From positions 124,001 through 184,733 of IMG/VR virus record IMGVR_UViG_3300021958_000021: DNA of 60,733 nucleotides, one strand, 5' to 3'. Shown one piece after another: positions 29,292 through 39,259 of this stretch (position 1 is the stretch's first letter; each line of letters opens with the position of its first letter). The DNA is from an uncultured virus (IMG/VR IMGVR_UViG_3300021958_000021) (Duplodnaviria > Heunggongvirae > Uroviricota > Caudoviricetes). The notes beneath the pieces are model-generated. The model did not search any database. It had not been told where the DNA came from and worked only from the letters and a program-made list of their open reading frames with translations. The translations under genes were made by a program, and so were the position numbers.

Positions 29292-29954
29292 TCATAATTT
29301 ATTTTTTGCTTTAAAGGCTTCTAATTGCTTTAGTTTAGCATTTAAAGCATCAAGGTTTTTCTTTTTATCAAAAACTTCCATGCCTCTTATTTTTTTATTT
29401 TGCTCGGCCTGAATTTTTGATTTAAGTTGGGCAATAGCATTATTAATTTTTGTAGAGGCATCATTATTAATTTTTGTAGAGGTTATTTCTGAAGGGGGAT
29501 TTTCATTTGGTGGAGGCGAAGGAGGCGGTTGTTGAGGATTTGGTGGGGCAGGAGGCGGTTGTTGGGGATTTGGTGGGGCAGAAGTCGTTGTTTGTGTTGG
29601 TGTTTGTCCTTTTGGTTTGAATATGTTTGATGACCTTATAGGTTTTTGATTTGGATTATTTTTAATAGGAGGTAAAGGAGATACTGCGTCTTTAATTCTC
29701 CTTGCAACTCCCCTAAATCTATCTGTTAGATTTTCTTTTTCGTTATCTGTGTTACCAGATGGAGGCAAATCAATCATTGAAGGGACTTCAGTAGATTGAT
29801 TAGGAGCCTGTGAATTGCTAGGATTTTGTATGATTTTTGCATTTTGTCGTAATTCTTCTTCTGCATTTTTTACTTTTCTGCTCCTATACCTAAGTTTAAG
29901 AATTTCATCTTCAGTCAATTCTCTTTTAGAAATAACATTCATCCAATCATCCAT
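29292..29954 (-). CDS. Pro/Gln-rich protein with W-tag-like N-terminus (MDDWMNVISK)
   Basis: PPNPQQPPP repeats; inserted among neck genes. Confidence 0.65.
   Translation of the reverse strand: MDDWMNVISKRELTEDEILKLRYRSRKVKNAEEELRQNAKIIQNPSNSQAPNQSTEVPSMIDLPPSGNTDNEKENLTDRFRGVARRIKDAVSPLPPIKNNPNQKPIRSSNIFKPKGQTPTQTTTSAPPNPQQPPPAPPNPQQPPPSPPPNENPPSEITSTKINNDASTKINNAIAQLKSKIQAEQNKKIRGMEVFDKKKNLDALNAKLKQLEAFKAKNKL
29438..29580. repeat. In-frame direct repeats: 21-bp x2 (29438-29458, 29462-29482) and 30-bp x2 (29521-29580)
   Basis: Encode STKINN x2 and APPNPQQPPP x2. Confidence 0.85.
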
Positions 29955-29960
29955 GTTTCA

Positions 29961-31277
29961 TCACTCCACCAAAAATACAATGTCTCCCTTTCCTTTAATA
30001 ATTTCCATAGCCTCATTTCTAAGAATATCATATTTTTCCTTTGTTGTGATATTTGCCCCAGTTTCAGCCACAAGGATAGTTTGGTCGTCATGTCGTAAAA
30101 TCTCTGCCGCCGCTAATTTTGTAGCGGCTTCGTGAATAACCGAAGGGACTCTTCCATCACCAGCAATATAAGAAATAATAATTGAATTTTGTGTATGGTA
30201 AGGATAATCTCGCAAAAAGAAAATTCTAGATTCATCACTAATATTCCAATATGACCCTAATCTCTTTAAATCTTCTTTATCTGTAAATCCTGTTACATTA
30301 CAAACAGTAGGGATAGAAGTCTCAATCGCAGTAAAAGTTCCTGTTCCTGAACCTGTATTTGTTGCATTTTTGGACATTGTAATTGTAGTCGCATCAACAA
30401 TAGCAGAAATAGTTGTTCCCGAAGGAATGTGATTATTGTTGTCCTCAATTTCCATACCTACGACTAATTTAGATGAATCTGCAACAGTTAAAGTAGGACT
30501 TCCATTTACATGAGAAATTGCCTGTTTTAGTCGGACTTTTAGCACACAATCTGAGCCATCTTCGCCGGACAACAGGGATGAGAGAAGAATGTTAGCCCCA
30601 TTTTCTGAGTCCTTTTGAGCAAAGAAAAAGTCAGAAATAGAAAGATTAGAAGAAGTGAGGCTTTTTGCTGCATTTGCATTCGTAAAGGTAGAAGTTTTGG
30701 ATGGAAACTGTTCATTAACAAGAGCAACTATTTCTTCATTTGTGGTCTTGATTCCATAAGCATTGTTAAATTCATCGTTGCCTAAAGACCCGCCAACACC
30801 AGATTCCGAAACCATTTCAAATTCAGTCCCACTATTCGGCAAAGCAAGAACAATAGAATAAATGTCTCTATAATTAGACAACAATTCCAGTTGCGCTTGA
30901 GCAGATGCTAACTCAATATATCTATTTCCCTGCCAAACTCTCAAAGAGACCACTTTTTTTAACTTTAATGTAGTCAGTTGAATAAAGCCAACATATCCAC
31001 CATAATATGTTTGCATTGGGTGATTCATAAATTCAAAATTATAATATTCATTTTTATACAATAGTGGCCTAAAAGAACGCTTTACCTTTTCATCTATCAT
31101 TCCTTCAACCCTTTTTATAATTTCTCCGACTTGGGATTGACTAGGGTATGTGTCTGCGGTAAAAGCAGGAACTTGTAATAAATTAGAAATTGCATCCTTG
31201 TCAGTATAATACCCAGAACCAGTAGTATAATCTACTGCAATTGTGGTATAGTCGCTAGGTGAACTGCTAATCGGCAT
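29961..31277 (-). CDS. Head-tail adaptor-like protein with inserted beta domains
   Basis: N-terminal VGEIIKRVEGMIDE and C-terminal ISYIAG...VPSVIHEAATKLAA, typical of gp6/gp15-like adaptors. Confidence 0.7.
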   Translation of the reverse strand: MPISSSPSDYTTIAVDYTTGSGYYTDKDAISNLLQVPAFTADTYPSQSQVGEIIKRVEGMIDEKVKRSFRPLLYKNEYYNFEFMNHPMQTYYGGYVGFIQLTTLKLKKVVSLRVWQGNRYIELASAQAQLELLSNYRDIYSIVLALPNSGTEFEMVSESGVGGSLGNDEFNNAYGIKTTNEEIVALVNEQFPSKTSTFTNANAAKSLTSSNLSISDFFFAQKDSENGANILLSSLLSGEDGSDCVLKVRLKQAISHVNGSPTLTVADSSKLVVGMEIEDNNNHIPSGTTISAIVDATTITMSKNATNTGSGTGTFTAIETSIPTVCNVTGFTDKEDLKRLGSYWNISDESRIFFLRDYPYHTQNSIIISYIAGDGRVPSVIHEAATKLAAAEILRHDDQTILVAETGANITTKEKYDILRNEAMEIIKGKGDIVFLVE

Positions 31278-33718
31278 TATCGTAGCCTCCTAATTGTTTT
31301 TTGTAAGTCCGGAATAGCGGCAGAAATAGAATCTAGAAAAATAGCATAATCTCCTTTTTTTGCAGTTTTAAACTTAGTCATACCTAATTTTGTTCTAGGC
31401 TTAGGTTTGTATTTGTCTTCCTTATCTGTTGCAGAAGGAAGAAGTTTGGTTTCTATTTCTTTATCTACTTGTAGTCTAAAACTGCTAATTTCATAGGTAG
31501 GCTTAGGATTGTTATTCTTATCTAATCCCATTCCTTTATTTATAATAATAGTAATGGTGTGCAATAAATTAATTTGTTTTAAGGAGTCTTTGATTGGTGA
31601 CTTTTTAACTAACTGTAATATTTTGTTAATATTATTTTCTTTTGCAGCATCATAATATTTTTTGGCTTGTTTATGTGCTAAATCAAATTTTTGTTCTCTT
31701 TGCTTTTCTCTTTCAATAGCAGGGCTTCCTGTATATTGGTCTATTTGTTTTTCTTTTTCTGCTAAAAATGCACTAATCATAATTTCTTTTGTTGAAATAG
31801 AGGAAGAGTAAATTTTCTTTACGAAGTTTAATTCTTTCTTATAGGTAGAAATATTTGTTTCTTTTCGCTTAGTCATAAAATTTTCTTTTAATAAATCCAA
31901 AAGTTCTAACTTATCCATATTTTCGGATTTTTGGGCAAAACCTCTACCGAGTAAAATGTCTTGCATATTTTCAAAAACTGTTAAAAACTCTTTTTTACTT
32001 TCCTCAATGTCTTCGTCAAACATTTTTCTAAGGTCGTCTAAAAATTCCATTGTATAGCCATCATCATCTAAATAGCCAACTCTTCTAAATACATCTGAAA
32101 TGTTGAATTTTTCGTAACTTTCTAAGCGACTAAGCAGGAGTTTAATTCTAGATTTAAGAGAGCCTTTATTTTTTTCCTCTGCTTCTGTTAAAAATTTCTG
32201 ATTTTCTAATTTATCTAATTTAACATCTAATTCATCTAATTCTTTTTCTATGTTTTTTATTTCTTTATTTGTTCCTTTCGCAGAAAGTAAATCCGGATTC
32301 CTAATTAATTCACCTAAAGTTATTGTAGATTTTCCTTTAAGTTTTCCTTTTACTGGTATTTTTTCTTTAGTCGGCTTACCTTTTTTATCTTTTTTAGGTT
32401 TTTTTGTGTAAAGTTCCGGAGTAAATTCAAATTTATCAAAAACTTTTGTATCTTGGTTATATACCATTTCTTTTAATTCTTTAATAAAATCAGTAAGTTT
32501 TTTCATAGCCTTTTTATTAATAGATTCAGTTTTATTAGTTTCTTTTTTGTATTCTTTGTATGTTTTAAGCGCATTTTGTAGGGGCTTGACGATTTTAGGC
32601 TTAATTAAGACATCACTATCTCTAAGACTTCTCATCAATTCTCTAACATCCCCTATGATTATTTCTCCTTCTTCGTCCTTAGTAGTAAAATATTCTTTAG
32701 CATCAGCAGATAAGGTGTAAAACATTTCACTTATTTCTTTTAAGTTTTCATCTTCAAAAACCTTTGAATAATCTTCAGATAATTGATATAGTGCGTCAGG
32801 TGAACTTTTAAATCTTTCATATACTCTATCATATAAGATTTCATTTGTTTTGATGGCGGCTAATAATGTAAGCATAGTTTGAATAGCAACAAGTTCATTT
32901 TTTTCTCGTAATAAACTTGTATATACAGGTGCAAACTCCTTCTCTAAAATCTGTCCACGGATTTTTGATTCTTTATCCTTCAGAAGAGAAGAAGGATTTT
33001 TATTAGCCATTAAGTCCAAAGTTGCCTTTGGTTTATCTGCTAGTTTCGCATCAGTAAAACCAAGAGTAAAAACTTTAACAATTTTAGAATGGACTTCCTT
33101 TATTTCTGAAAGCCTTTTAATGTTTTCAACTCCACTTAAATCAACATCTTCATTGTCTGATTTAAGGTCAGCCAAATTAGCATTTGTTTCTTTAATTGTG
33201 ATAGTAATTTTTTCTTTGTCTTTTCCTGTAGCCTTTTCTTCAATATTAACTGCGTGTTTTTCTAATTGTTCTAAATACCTGTTCAATTCTCTAGCGTCTA
33301 AAAATCCAGATACGCTAGAAATTGAAGATTCAATGTCAGCCGGTTCTTCTAAAAGACGAGTCCTAACTGTTCCTTTAACTTCTTCAATATCTAAATTAGG
33401 ATGAAGTGACTTAACGCTTTCTAAAATTTCTTTTCCTTTTGGGGTAGGAGATGGAAGATTTAATTCTTGAAAAGTCATCTTTTTAATTTTATTCATCGCT
33501 TTTTTGAGAATTTCTAAAAACTCTGATTTATTTTCTGTCTTAAGATAGGTTTTTTTGAAATTTTCTGGAATAGTGTAATACGGTTGGTAATTATCAGGAT
33601 TAATAAAATCTTCAAAAATATATCTAAGCATTTCAGCAATCGCAAAATCCTCATCAAATTCAATTGGTGCAGGGTCACGCGCCTTTGAAGTTTGCTGGCG
33701 ATAATAGATAATATTCAT
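31277..33718 (-). CDS. Large K/E-rich helical hypothetical protein
   Basis: 813 aa ORF; no recognised motif. Confidence 0.7.
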   Translation of the reverse strand: MNIIYYRQQTSKARDPAPIEFDEDFAIAEMLRYIFEDFINPDNYQPYYTIPENFKKTYLKTENKSEFLEILKKAMNKIKKMTFQELNLPSPTPKGKEILESVKSLHPNLDIEEVKGTVRTRLLEEPADIESSISSVSGFLDARELNRYLEQLEKHAVNIEEKATGKDKEKITITIKETNANLADLKSDNEDVDLSGVENIKRLSEIKEVHSKIVKVFTLGFTDAKLADKPKATLDLMANKNPSSLLKDKESKIRGQILEKEFAPVYTSLLREKNELVAIQTMLTLLAAIKTNEILYDRVYERFKSSPDALYQLSEDYSKVFEDENLKEISEMFYTLSADAKEYFTTKDEEGEIIIGDVRELMRSLRDSDVLIKPKIVKPLQNALKTYKEYKKETNKTESINKKAMKKLTDFIKELKEMVYNQDTKVFDKFEFTPELYTKKPKKDKKGKPTKEKIPVKGKLKGKSTITLGELIRNPDLLSAKGTNKEIKNIEKELDELDVKLDKLENQKFLTEAEEKNKGSLKSRIKLLLSRLESYEKFNISDVFRRVGYLDDDGYTMEFLDDLRKMFDEDIEESKKEFLTVFENMQDILLGRGFAQKSENMDKLELLDLLKENFMTKRKETNISTYKKELNFVKKIYSSSISTKEIMISAFLAEKEKQIDQYTGSPAIEREKQREQKFDLAHKQAKKYYDAAKENNINKILQLVKKSPIKDSLKQINLLHTITIIINKGMGLDKNNNPKPTYEISSFRLQVDKEIETKLLPSATDKEDKYKPKPRTKLGMTKFKTAKKGDYAIFLDSISAAIPDLQKTIRRLR

Positions 33719-33727
33719 GTATTTTCC

Positions 33728-34393
33728 TCACATTAACCATTTAGCCCAAGCCGCCCCTTTTTGAATAGCAGAACCCAAATGTAATCCGCTTGAAGGTGGC
33801 TCATAACTCATTTGTCCCGTTTGTGGGTCAATCCAATAAGGACGGCCATAGCCGTCCTGCCCCGATGGAGGAATAGGGTAGCCCGAACCATTGTTCATAG
33901 CACCCTGCATTTGCTGATATTGAGCCGTTGTTCCGGTTGCGCCAGCGATAGCCATACCAGCAGAAGGTTGAGCCATACCGCCACCAAAACCTTGAGATTC
34001 AAGGTATTGTTGTTTAGCCATTTTTCGTTGGGTTATAACCTCGGCATTTAGAGCCTCTCCCAAAATCTTTTGAATGTCTAAATCAATGTTTTCTTGCGTA
34101 ATTCTTTCAAATTCCCTCATAGCATCGGGATGAATTTTTAATCCTCCGGTAGTAGAGTCAGTTGTAAAGGACAGTTTTCCTAACATTTGGGAAACTACTC
34201 TTTCAATGACATCTTCCATCAGTTTTTCAAATGCGACTAAAAACCGTTCACCGTGATATTGAAAAAATTCTTCAACATGGTTATCTTGCAAAGAAAGCAA
34301 GTTATTTACTGTTTTAAATTGAGCGTCATTTTGCGATTGAACCGCATTTAATACTGTGCCGTTACTTGTTCCAAAAAGTCCCATATCATTCAC
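33728..34393 (-). CDS. Hypothetical protein with G/Q/P-rich tail and terminal amphipathic helix
   Basis: Helical N-half and low-complexity C-half ending LGSAIQKGAAWAKWLM. Confidence 0.7.
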   Translation of the reverse strand: MNDMGLFGTSNGTVLNAVQSQNDAQFKTVNNLLSLQDNHVEEFFQYHGERFLVAFEKLMEDVIERVVSQMLGKLSFTTDSTTGGLKIHPDAMREFERITQENIDLDIQKILGEALNAEVITQRKMAKQQYLESQGFGGGMAQPSAGMAIAGATGTTAQYQQMQGAMNNGSGYPIPPSGQDGYGRPYWIDPQTGQMSYEPPSSGLHLGSAIQKGAAWAKWLM

Positions 34394-35021
34394 CTTCCTT
34401 TGTTTTTAGTATTTCTTGAATCCTAACATTGGCGGTTTCAATTTCATTGACGAGTCGTTTTAACTCATCCATGCTCGTTTCCGTTTCTCTCATGTCGGGT
34501 GACTTTATCAACCATCCGATTGCCGAGAGAGAAGCAATATCATTTTGACTTAAAGTTGTCAATGGGCCAGATTTAATCATTTGAGGAAGTTTTGGTCTGG
34601 GAACAAATGCTTTGAAATCTAATCCATGTTCATCGGCCATAATTTGTTGTTGTAGCATTTCCATTTGTTTATGAATAGCCGCATGTTTTGGACAATATGT
34701 TCCTCTCAATGGTCTTCCCTTTTCTACTTTATCCAAAGGAATAGGAGGGCGCAAATAATCTCCTGCTTCCCAAATATGGTGCATACCACAAACAACGCAT
34801 CTATCTTTAAGATTGAATTTATATCCAAACTTAACAAAGAGAAACTTTTTCTTTTCGGGAAGCAAGACTTTCTTAATTTCTTTTAATTTTTTCTTAGGTT
34901 TAATTGAATCAAATTTATATTCTTCAATTGGCCCTGTTGCTCTAAATTGTTGCAGTTTTGGCAAAAAGGCCAACGCTGTTTGGCTGCTAATTAAACTCGG
35001 TTGTTGATACATAATAATCAA
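34386..35021 (-). CDS. Zinc-finger-like protein with coiled-coil C-terminus
   Basis: CVVC...CPKH; overlaps both neighbours. Confidence 0.7.
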   Translation of the reverse strand: MIIMYQQPSLISSQTALAFLPKLQQFRATGPIEEYKFDSIKPKKKLKEIKKVLLPEKKKFLFVKFGYKFNLKDRCVVCGMHHIWEAGDYLRPPIPLDKVEKGRPLRGTYCPKHAAIHKQMEMLQQQIMADEHGLDFKAFVPRPKLPQMIKSGPLTTLSQNDIASLSAIGWLIKSPDMRETETSMDELKRLVNEIETANVRIQEILKTKEGE

Positions 35022-35677
35022 TAGTCCTTTATCATTGTAGTGATTCCTTTATACACCATTTCGGGGTCAGATTTTGCAGATACAATATATTTAAAACACG
35101 GTATTCCTTTATCGTTTAGTTTTCTCATTCCATACTTAAATGGTTCAAAAATTTCATGTTTATCCATATCTTCTGTTGGGTATTTCTCTCCCCAAATATC
35201 ATATTTATTTGCCCATATTCCTATTGCTAACGGATAATCTATTTCTTTTTTCTTTTTATGGTTAGGCCAATAATCTGCAATAATGGTATCTACTAAAAAT
35301 TTCCATGCTACTTGGTGGTCTAAATTAGAAGGATTGTCTAAATGCCTATGGTCTATCATAAAGATAATATATTTTACTTTTCTATCTTTCATGTCTTTGA
35401 CCCACATTTTCCAATAAATTGCTTCTCCTCCTATATCTGCATTTTTAACTGTATGGGACTCTCCATCAATTTTAACTGTTTTTCTAGTCGCTCTATGTAG
35501 GCCAACCGTCCTTTCATTTATTTGATGCACTTCTCCCCTTGTTCTCAATTGATGACTAAGTGTTGTTTTACCTACCATTGTTGCCCCATAAACTCCAAAA
35601 TTAATTGCATGAACCTTTTTGTAAAAACCTAATAGTGCTTCTCCCACTAAAATAGCAAAGCCTGTCATTAGGGACAT
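35018..35677 (-). CDS. Ras-superfamily small GTPase (Arf/Sar-like features)
   Basis: G1 GATMVGKTT, G2 RTVG, G3 DIGGE, IIFMID, G4 ANKYD, G5 SAK; hydrophobic N-terminal helix; GGTGA RBS before ATG 35677. Confidence 0.88.
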   Translation of the reverse strand: MSLMTGFAILVGEALLGFYKKVHAINFGVYGATMVGKTTLSHQLRTRGEVHQINERTVGLHRATRKTVKIDGESHTVKNADIGGEAIYWKMWVKDMKDRKVKYIIFMIDHRHLDNPSNLDHQVAWKFLVDTIIADYWPNHKKKKEIDYPLAIGIWANKYDIWGEKYPTEDMDKHEIFEPFKYGMRKLNDKGIPCFKYIVSAKSDPEMVYKGITTMIKDY

Positions 35678-35678
35678 T

Positions 35679-35972
35679 TTATTCACCTATAAATACATCT
35701 AATCCAACAAATTCTCCTTCTATTTTCTTTTCGTAGTTCCAAAAAAGTTCTCCGTTAAATTCATCTTCATCGGCATATCTCATTTTCCAACCTAAATTGT
35801 TCAGTTTTCTATTTAATTCATCCCAATTCACATCTAATGGAAACAGTAAATCAATATCTTTTGGATTATCCTTTTTTCCGACAGAACCAACAATTTTTGG
35901 TTTAAATTCCTTTAAATCATCAAGCAAAGAATTAGCAATAGAAACATAGTTTTTAAGTATGCTAAACCACAC
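35679..35972 (-). CDS. Minimal Pol-beta-superfamily nucleotidyltransferase with W-x-x-ILK N-terminal tag
   Basis: IVGSV...DIDLL and LDVF motifs; begins MWFSILK. Confidence 0.7.
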   Translation of the reverse strand: MWFSILKNYVSIANSLLDDLKEFKPKIVGSVGKKDNPKDIDLLFPLDVNWDELNRKLNNLGWKMRYADEDEFNGELFWNYEKKIEGEFVGLDVFIGE

Positions 35973-35973
35973 A

Positions 35974-36189
35974 TTAATGCCCCCATCCGTTTAACAAATT
36001 GTCAAACAGGAAACCCATGATGTTGATGTCAAAAACACCAAGAATATTTCCAACGAGAAATCCCGCTACGGTAGCAGTTATTCCATAAAGCCATGCTTTT
36101 GCCTTAAGAAAAAATACATCAGCCGAATGCGCCCGACTTTGATTATACATGTAGTCGGAATCAGAGAACCCCAACAAATCATTAATCAA
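35974..36189 (-). CDS. Small membrane protein
   Basis: Hydrophobic stretch AWLYGITATVAGFLVGNILGVF. Confidence 0.7.
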   Translation of the reverse strand: MINDLLGFSDSDYMYNQSRAHSADVFFLKAKAWLYGITATVAGFLVGNILGVFDINIMGFLFDNLLNGWGH

Positions 36190-36197
36190 TTAATCAC

Positions 36198-36575
36198 CTA
36201 CTGTAAAGCGGCCAAAAACTCTTGAGAAATAGTATTTTCGGCTTCATAAGTAGGTTGTTGTTGAATAATATTTGTTTTATAAGTTTCTCTAATTTTTTGC
36301 TTTTGTTGCTCTTCTTTGGTTTTTCTTTCCCAAAAGGCTTTTATGCGCTGGTCTAATAAATACATTTCAATTTTATCATTAAGTGCAATATCAAATAATG
36401 CTTTCATTACCATGATTGCCCCGACTGTAATCAGTCCAAATAACATTGAATGCGCTAAAGGCCCATATGGGAAATTTGTTCCATAGTTTGCATAAAAGAA
36501 AACATTTGCGCCGCTAACGGTTCCGACAAAAAGGATTGTCATAACCAAACGAGTTTCTGTATTTAATGCTGGCAT
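36198..36575 (-). CDS. Two-TM membrane protein with charged C-terminal tail (holin-like topology)
   Basis: LVMTILFVGTVSGANVFF and SMLFGLITVGAIMVM segments. Confidence 0.65.
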   Translation of the reverse strand: MPALNTETRLVMTILFVGTVSGANVFFYANYGTNFPYGPLAHSMLFGLITVGAIMVMKALFDIALNDKIEMYLLDQRIKAFWERKTKEEQQKQKIRETYKTNIIQQQPTYEAENTISQEFLAALQ

Positions 36576-36585
36576 TTATCTCACC

Positions 36586-36867
36586 TTAAGCAAACTCAAC
36601 TGAACATGCTACTTGTCCACTTTGTTCTTTGAAAAATAAGCCATTTCTCGCTAAAACTCCATGCATATCAAATTCAATTGTTTGATTTGCGGCCAAGATA
36701 ATTCTAGCAATTTCAGTTCCGCTTGCACTTGTTCCGTCATAAATTCGCATTTCTGCTGAACTGCCCGCTACTTCACAAACATGAATTGATACCAAAAGAC
36801 ATTGTTCTGCTGAAATAATCGCATCGGAGGTTAATACTCCGCTTGACCTGCATGTTTGACCCGCCAT
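36586..36867 (-). CDS. Small beta-rich protein, probably structural
   Basis: 93 aa with IYDGTSASGT motif common in phage virion proteins; GGTGA RBS. Confidence 0.55.
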   Translation of the reverse strand: MAGQTCRSSGVLTSDAIISAEQCLLVSIHVCEVAGSSAEMRIYDGTSASGTEIARIILAANQTIEFDMHGVLARNGLFFKEQSGQVACSVEFA

Positions 36868-36898
36868 ATTCTCACCTATTGCTTCATAACAACCACCA

Positions 36899-36906
36899 CT
36901 ATTTAA
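36899..36906 (-). promoter_or_regulatory. Candidate archaeal TATA box (TTAAATAG)
   Basis: Lies in a rare intergenic gap about 30 nt upstream of ATG 36867. Confidence 0.4.
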
Positions 36907-36920
36907 GGGGTGCGTTGTAA

Positions 36921-37250
36921 TTATTCAGTCAAAGAAGACTTTTTGCTCGTTTTTTTCTTTGAAGAAGAAATAGGTTTAGGTAAAAGCAAATCGCATAAAT
37001 CTGCATGACTACCTAAATCTTGGCCCAATTCTTTAAAAGCCAAGCCTAAAATCTTTTCCGAAACATTCATCATGTTTTCTCTATCGCTCTCTTCAAAAGT
37101 GAACATTAGATTTTCAGACGATAATGCGGTCAATGCCTTCAAAACAGAAATAGAGCAAGAGTCATTCCGAGTAATCTCAGTCCTCCCGTCTAATCCCATA
37201 ATGGTAAATCTGCCGATAGACGAATTTTCTGTCAATTTAACAGATACCAC
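36921..37250 (-). CDS. Hypothetical protein with basic C-terminus
   Basis: 109 aa ORF with RBS in the capsid operon. Confidence 0.65.
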   Translation of the reverse strand: MVSVKLTENSSIGRFTIMGLDGRTEITRNDSCSISVLKALTALSSENLMFTFEESDRENMMNVSEKILGLAFKELGQDLGSHADLCDLLLPKPISSSKKKTSKKSSLTE

Positions 37251-37259
37251 CTAATCACC

Positions 37260-37619
37260 TCAAAGGTTCCCAAATACTCTAACTCTAACTGTTCCAACCG
37301 TAGTAGAAGAATCTGCTTCTTCTTCAAGCAATTGCGGTGCGGCGGAAGGTTGAAGGAAAAGAATATTAAAACTACTAGAAGAGGTATATGCGCCAGTTTC
37401 AGCAACACATTCAATTGTAGCAATTCCATTAACTTGCTCCTGTCCCGTCACATGAACGGCGGTAATCGTTGAAAGACCCAAATCCGAAGCACTAATGGTT
37501 TCTCCGCCATTAGTGTAAGAAGTGATGTCAATTGCCGCATCTACGACATATTCTGCACCATTCACCCTTGAACGGGTATATCCCTTATGGTCGCCTAATA
37601 AAGTAACTGAATAAGCCAT
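37260..37619 (-). CDS. Probable capsid decoration/minor head protein
   Basis: YTNGGETISASDLGLSTI motif; just downstream of the MCP. Confidence 0.6.
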   Translation of the reverse strand: MAYSVTLLGDHKGYTRSRVNGAEYVVDAAIDITSYTNGGETISASDLGLSTITAVHVTGQEQVNGIATIECVAETGAYTSSSSFNILFLQPSAAPQLLEEEADSSTTVGTVRVRVFGNL

Positions 37620-37628
37620 TCAATCACC

Positions 37629-37877
37629 TCAGTAACCAATAACCATCAAAGAACCTGTTGCGCCCGTAGTGGTAATTGCTAACGATGTTGCGGGAAAAGA
37701 GGTAGTTGTGCAAGAACCGCCACCACCGAGAGCAACCCCTTCAATTGTGGTTAATCCCGTTTGAGCGACGGCTAAAGTATCTGCGCCTGTTGAACCATTA
37801 GCGAAAGTCAAAAAGACAATTCTGCGGTTTCCTTCTAAAGTCATTTCCATCTGCGTTGTTCCTGTTAATGCTGCCAT
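37629..37877 (-). CDS. Probable capsid decoration/minor head protein
   Basis: Small T/G-rich protein; TGLTTI resembles the neighbour's LGLSTI. Confidence 0.55.
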   Translation of the reverse strand: MAALTGTTQMEMTLEGNRRIVFLTFANGSTGADTLAVAQTGLTTIEGVALGGGGSCTTTSFPATSLAITTTGATGSLMVIGY

Positions 37878-37904
37878 GTTTAATCATCTCCTTTGTTTTT
37901 TTCC

Positions 37905-39248
37905 TCATTGAAGGTTGGTGATTTTACCTTGTCCCTTGAAGAAAGAACAACCAACTTCACCAATAGTTCTGTATAAGGCTCTGTTTCCGAGACTCCCAAC
38001 GCCAAATGGATTTCCGTTTGCAATACCATCCTCAAAATATTGGGTTGGCTTCATAACGGATAACCACAAATGGTCGGTATCAAGGAATAATAGGTCAGAA
38101 AGTGGAGAAGTTACTCCCGCATTAGCCGTTTGCGTCATATCCTTGACGGGAATCAAGGGAATATCGTAATAAGTGGCGACTCGGAAACCGACTTCTTGAC
38201 CCTTTGTTCCACGAACACCATTAACGGTGGGAACAATTTCTTTTCTGTCCATAAATCTCTCTTGACTTTGCAAAAGGTCAGCCAATGCTTGAATTGTGTC
38301 ATATCCCGTAAGAATGACCTTTGGCGAACCACCAGCAAGACGAAGGTTGCGAATCATGTCATTTAAACGAGTTAGCGTAAAAGAACGCACATCGCTTGCA
38401 CCATAAGCCGAACCAAAATCTACTTCTGCATCAAGGAAAGATGCGGCAGTAAAACGCTCAGTCCCATAAATTTGACCTAATGCGTTAGAAGCAGAAGCGG
38501 TATCGGTAGCAATAGCCCCACCGTCAATAGCCAATAATTCTGCTCTAGAAGTAACGACCTTCAATAAAGAAGTGTAATTGTTTCCAATGTTAGGCATAGC
38601 CGCACTTTCACCGTAAAACTCCAAAGGCATAACAAGCATTTTATTCTGAACTTCAGCGTGATGCTTACCCATGTCTTCTCTCATTTGCGCTCTAATATCA
38701 CCGATACCATCGTCAATTTGAGCCATCTCCATAGCCAATTCGCTGAAATCAAACTGATGAGCAACAACTTTTGGACTCATGTTCAATTGAGCATAGGTTG
38801 GAGCAATTGGGCCTAAACCGTCTAAAGCGGTAGAAAGACCTGCATTTTCAGGAACACCACCAATTAAATCGGCTCTTGGATTATCCGACCCTAATTCTGC
38901 TAAAGTGGTATCGCCCGAAGAATCCACAGTAAAGAGGTTTCCAGAGCCACCAGCAGGACGGGACTTCAAAACACGCCAACCGCTTGAAGAATATGGACGC
39001 TTTGAAATCATTGAAAGAGCATTGACTTCACGGTTAAGCATAGACCAAACCTTTTGTCCATAAACAATGTTATAAAGGGCAGAAACATCAGAAATGCCGC
39101 TTCCCGAAAAAGAAGGAGAACCGTCATGTCCTGTATGAATACCGCCAACTGCCCCTGCTTGCTTCAAAAGAGCGTTTCCAGCAGGGAGGTTGTTAATTCC
39201 GTAAGTTTGTGCTTCTAAATCTGCAATAGTGTTAATATATCCTACCAT
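37905..39248 (-). CDS. Major capsid protein (HK97 fold)
   Basis: 447 aa directly after the protease-scaffold gene; PKVVAHQF, YYDIPLIP and LFLDT segments are typical of HK97-type MCPs. Confidence 0.85.
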   Translation of the reverse strand: MVGYINTIADLEAQTYGINNLPAGNALLKQAGAVGGIHTGHDGSPSFSGSGISDVSALYNIVYGQKVWSMLNREVNALSMISKRPYSSSGWRVLKSRPAGGSGNLFTVDSSGDTTLAELGSDNPRADLIGGVPENAGLSTALDGLGPIAPTYAQLNMSPKVVAHQFDFSELAMEMAQIDDGIGDIRAQMREDMGKHHAEVQNKMLVMPLEFYGESAAMPNIGNNYTSLLKVVTSRAELLAIDGGAIATDTASASNALGQIYGTERFTAASFLDAEVDFGSAYGASDVRSFTLTRLNDMIRNLRLAGGSPKVILTGYDTIQALADLLQSQERFMDRKEIVPTVNGVRGTKGQEVGFRVATYYDIPLIPVKDMTQTANAGVTSPLSDLLFLDTDHLWLSVMKPTQYFEDGIANGNPFGVGSLGNRALYRTIGEVGCSFFKGQGKITNLQ

Positions 39249-39259
39249 CTTAAATCACC

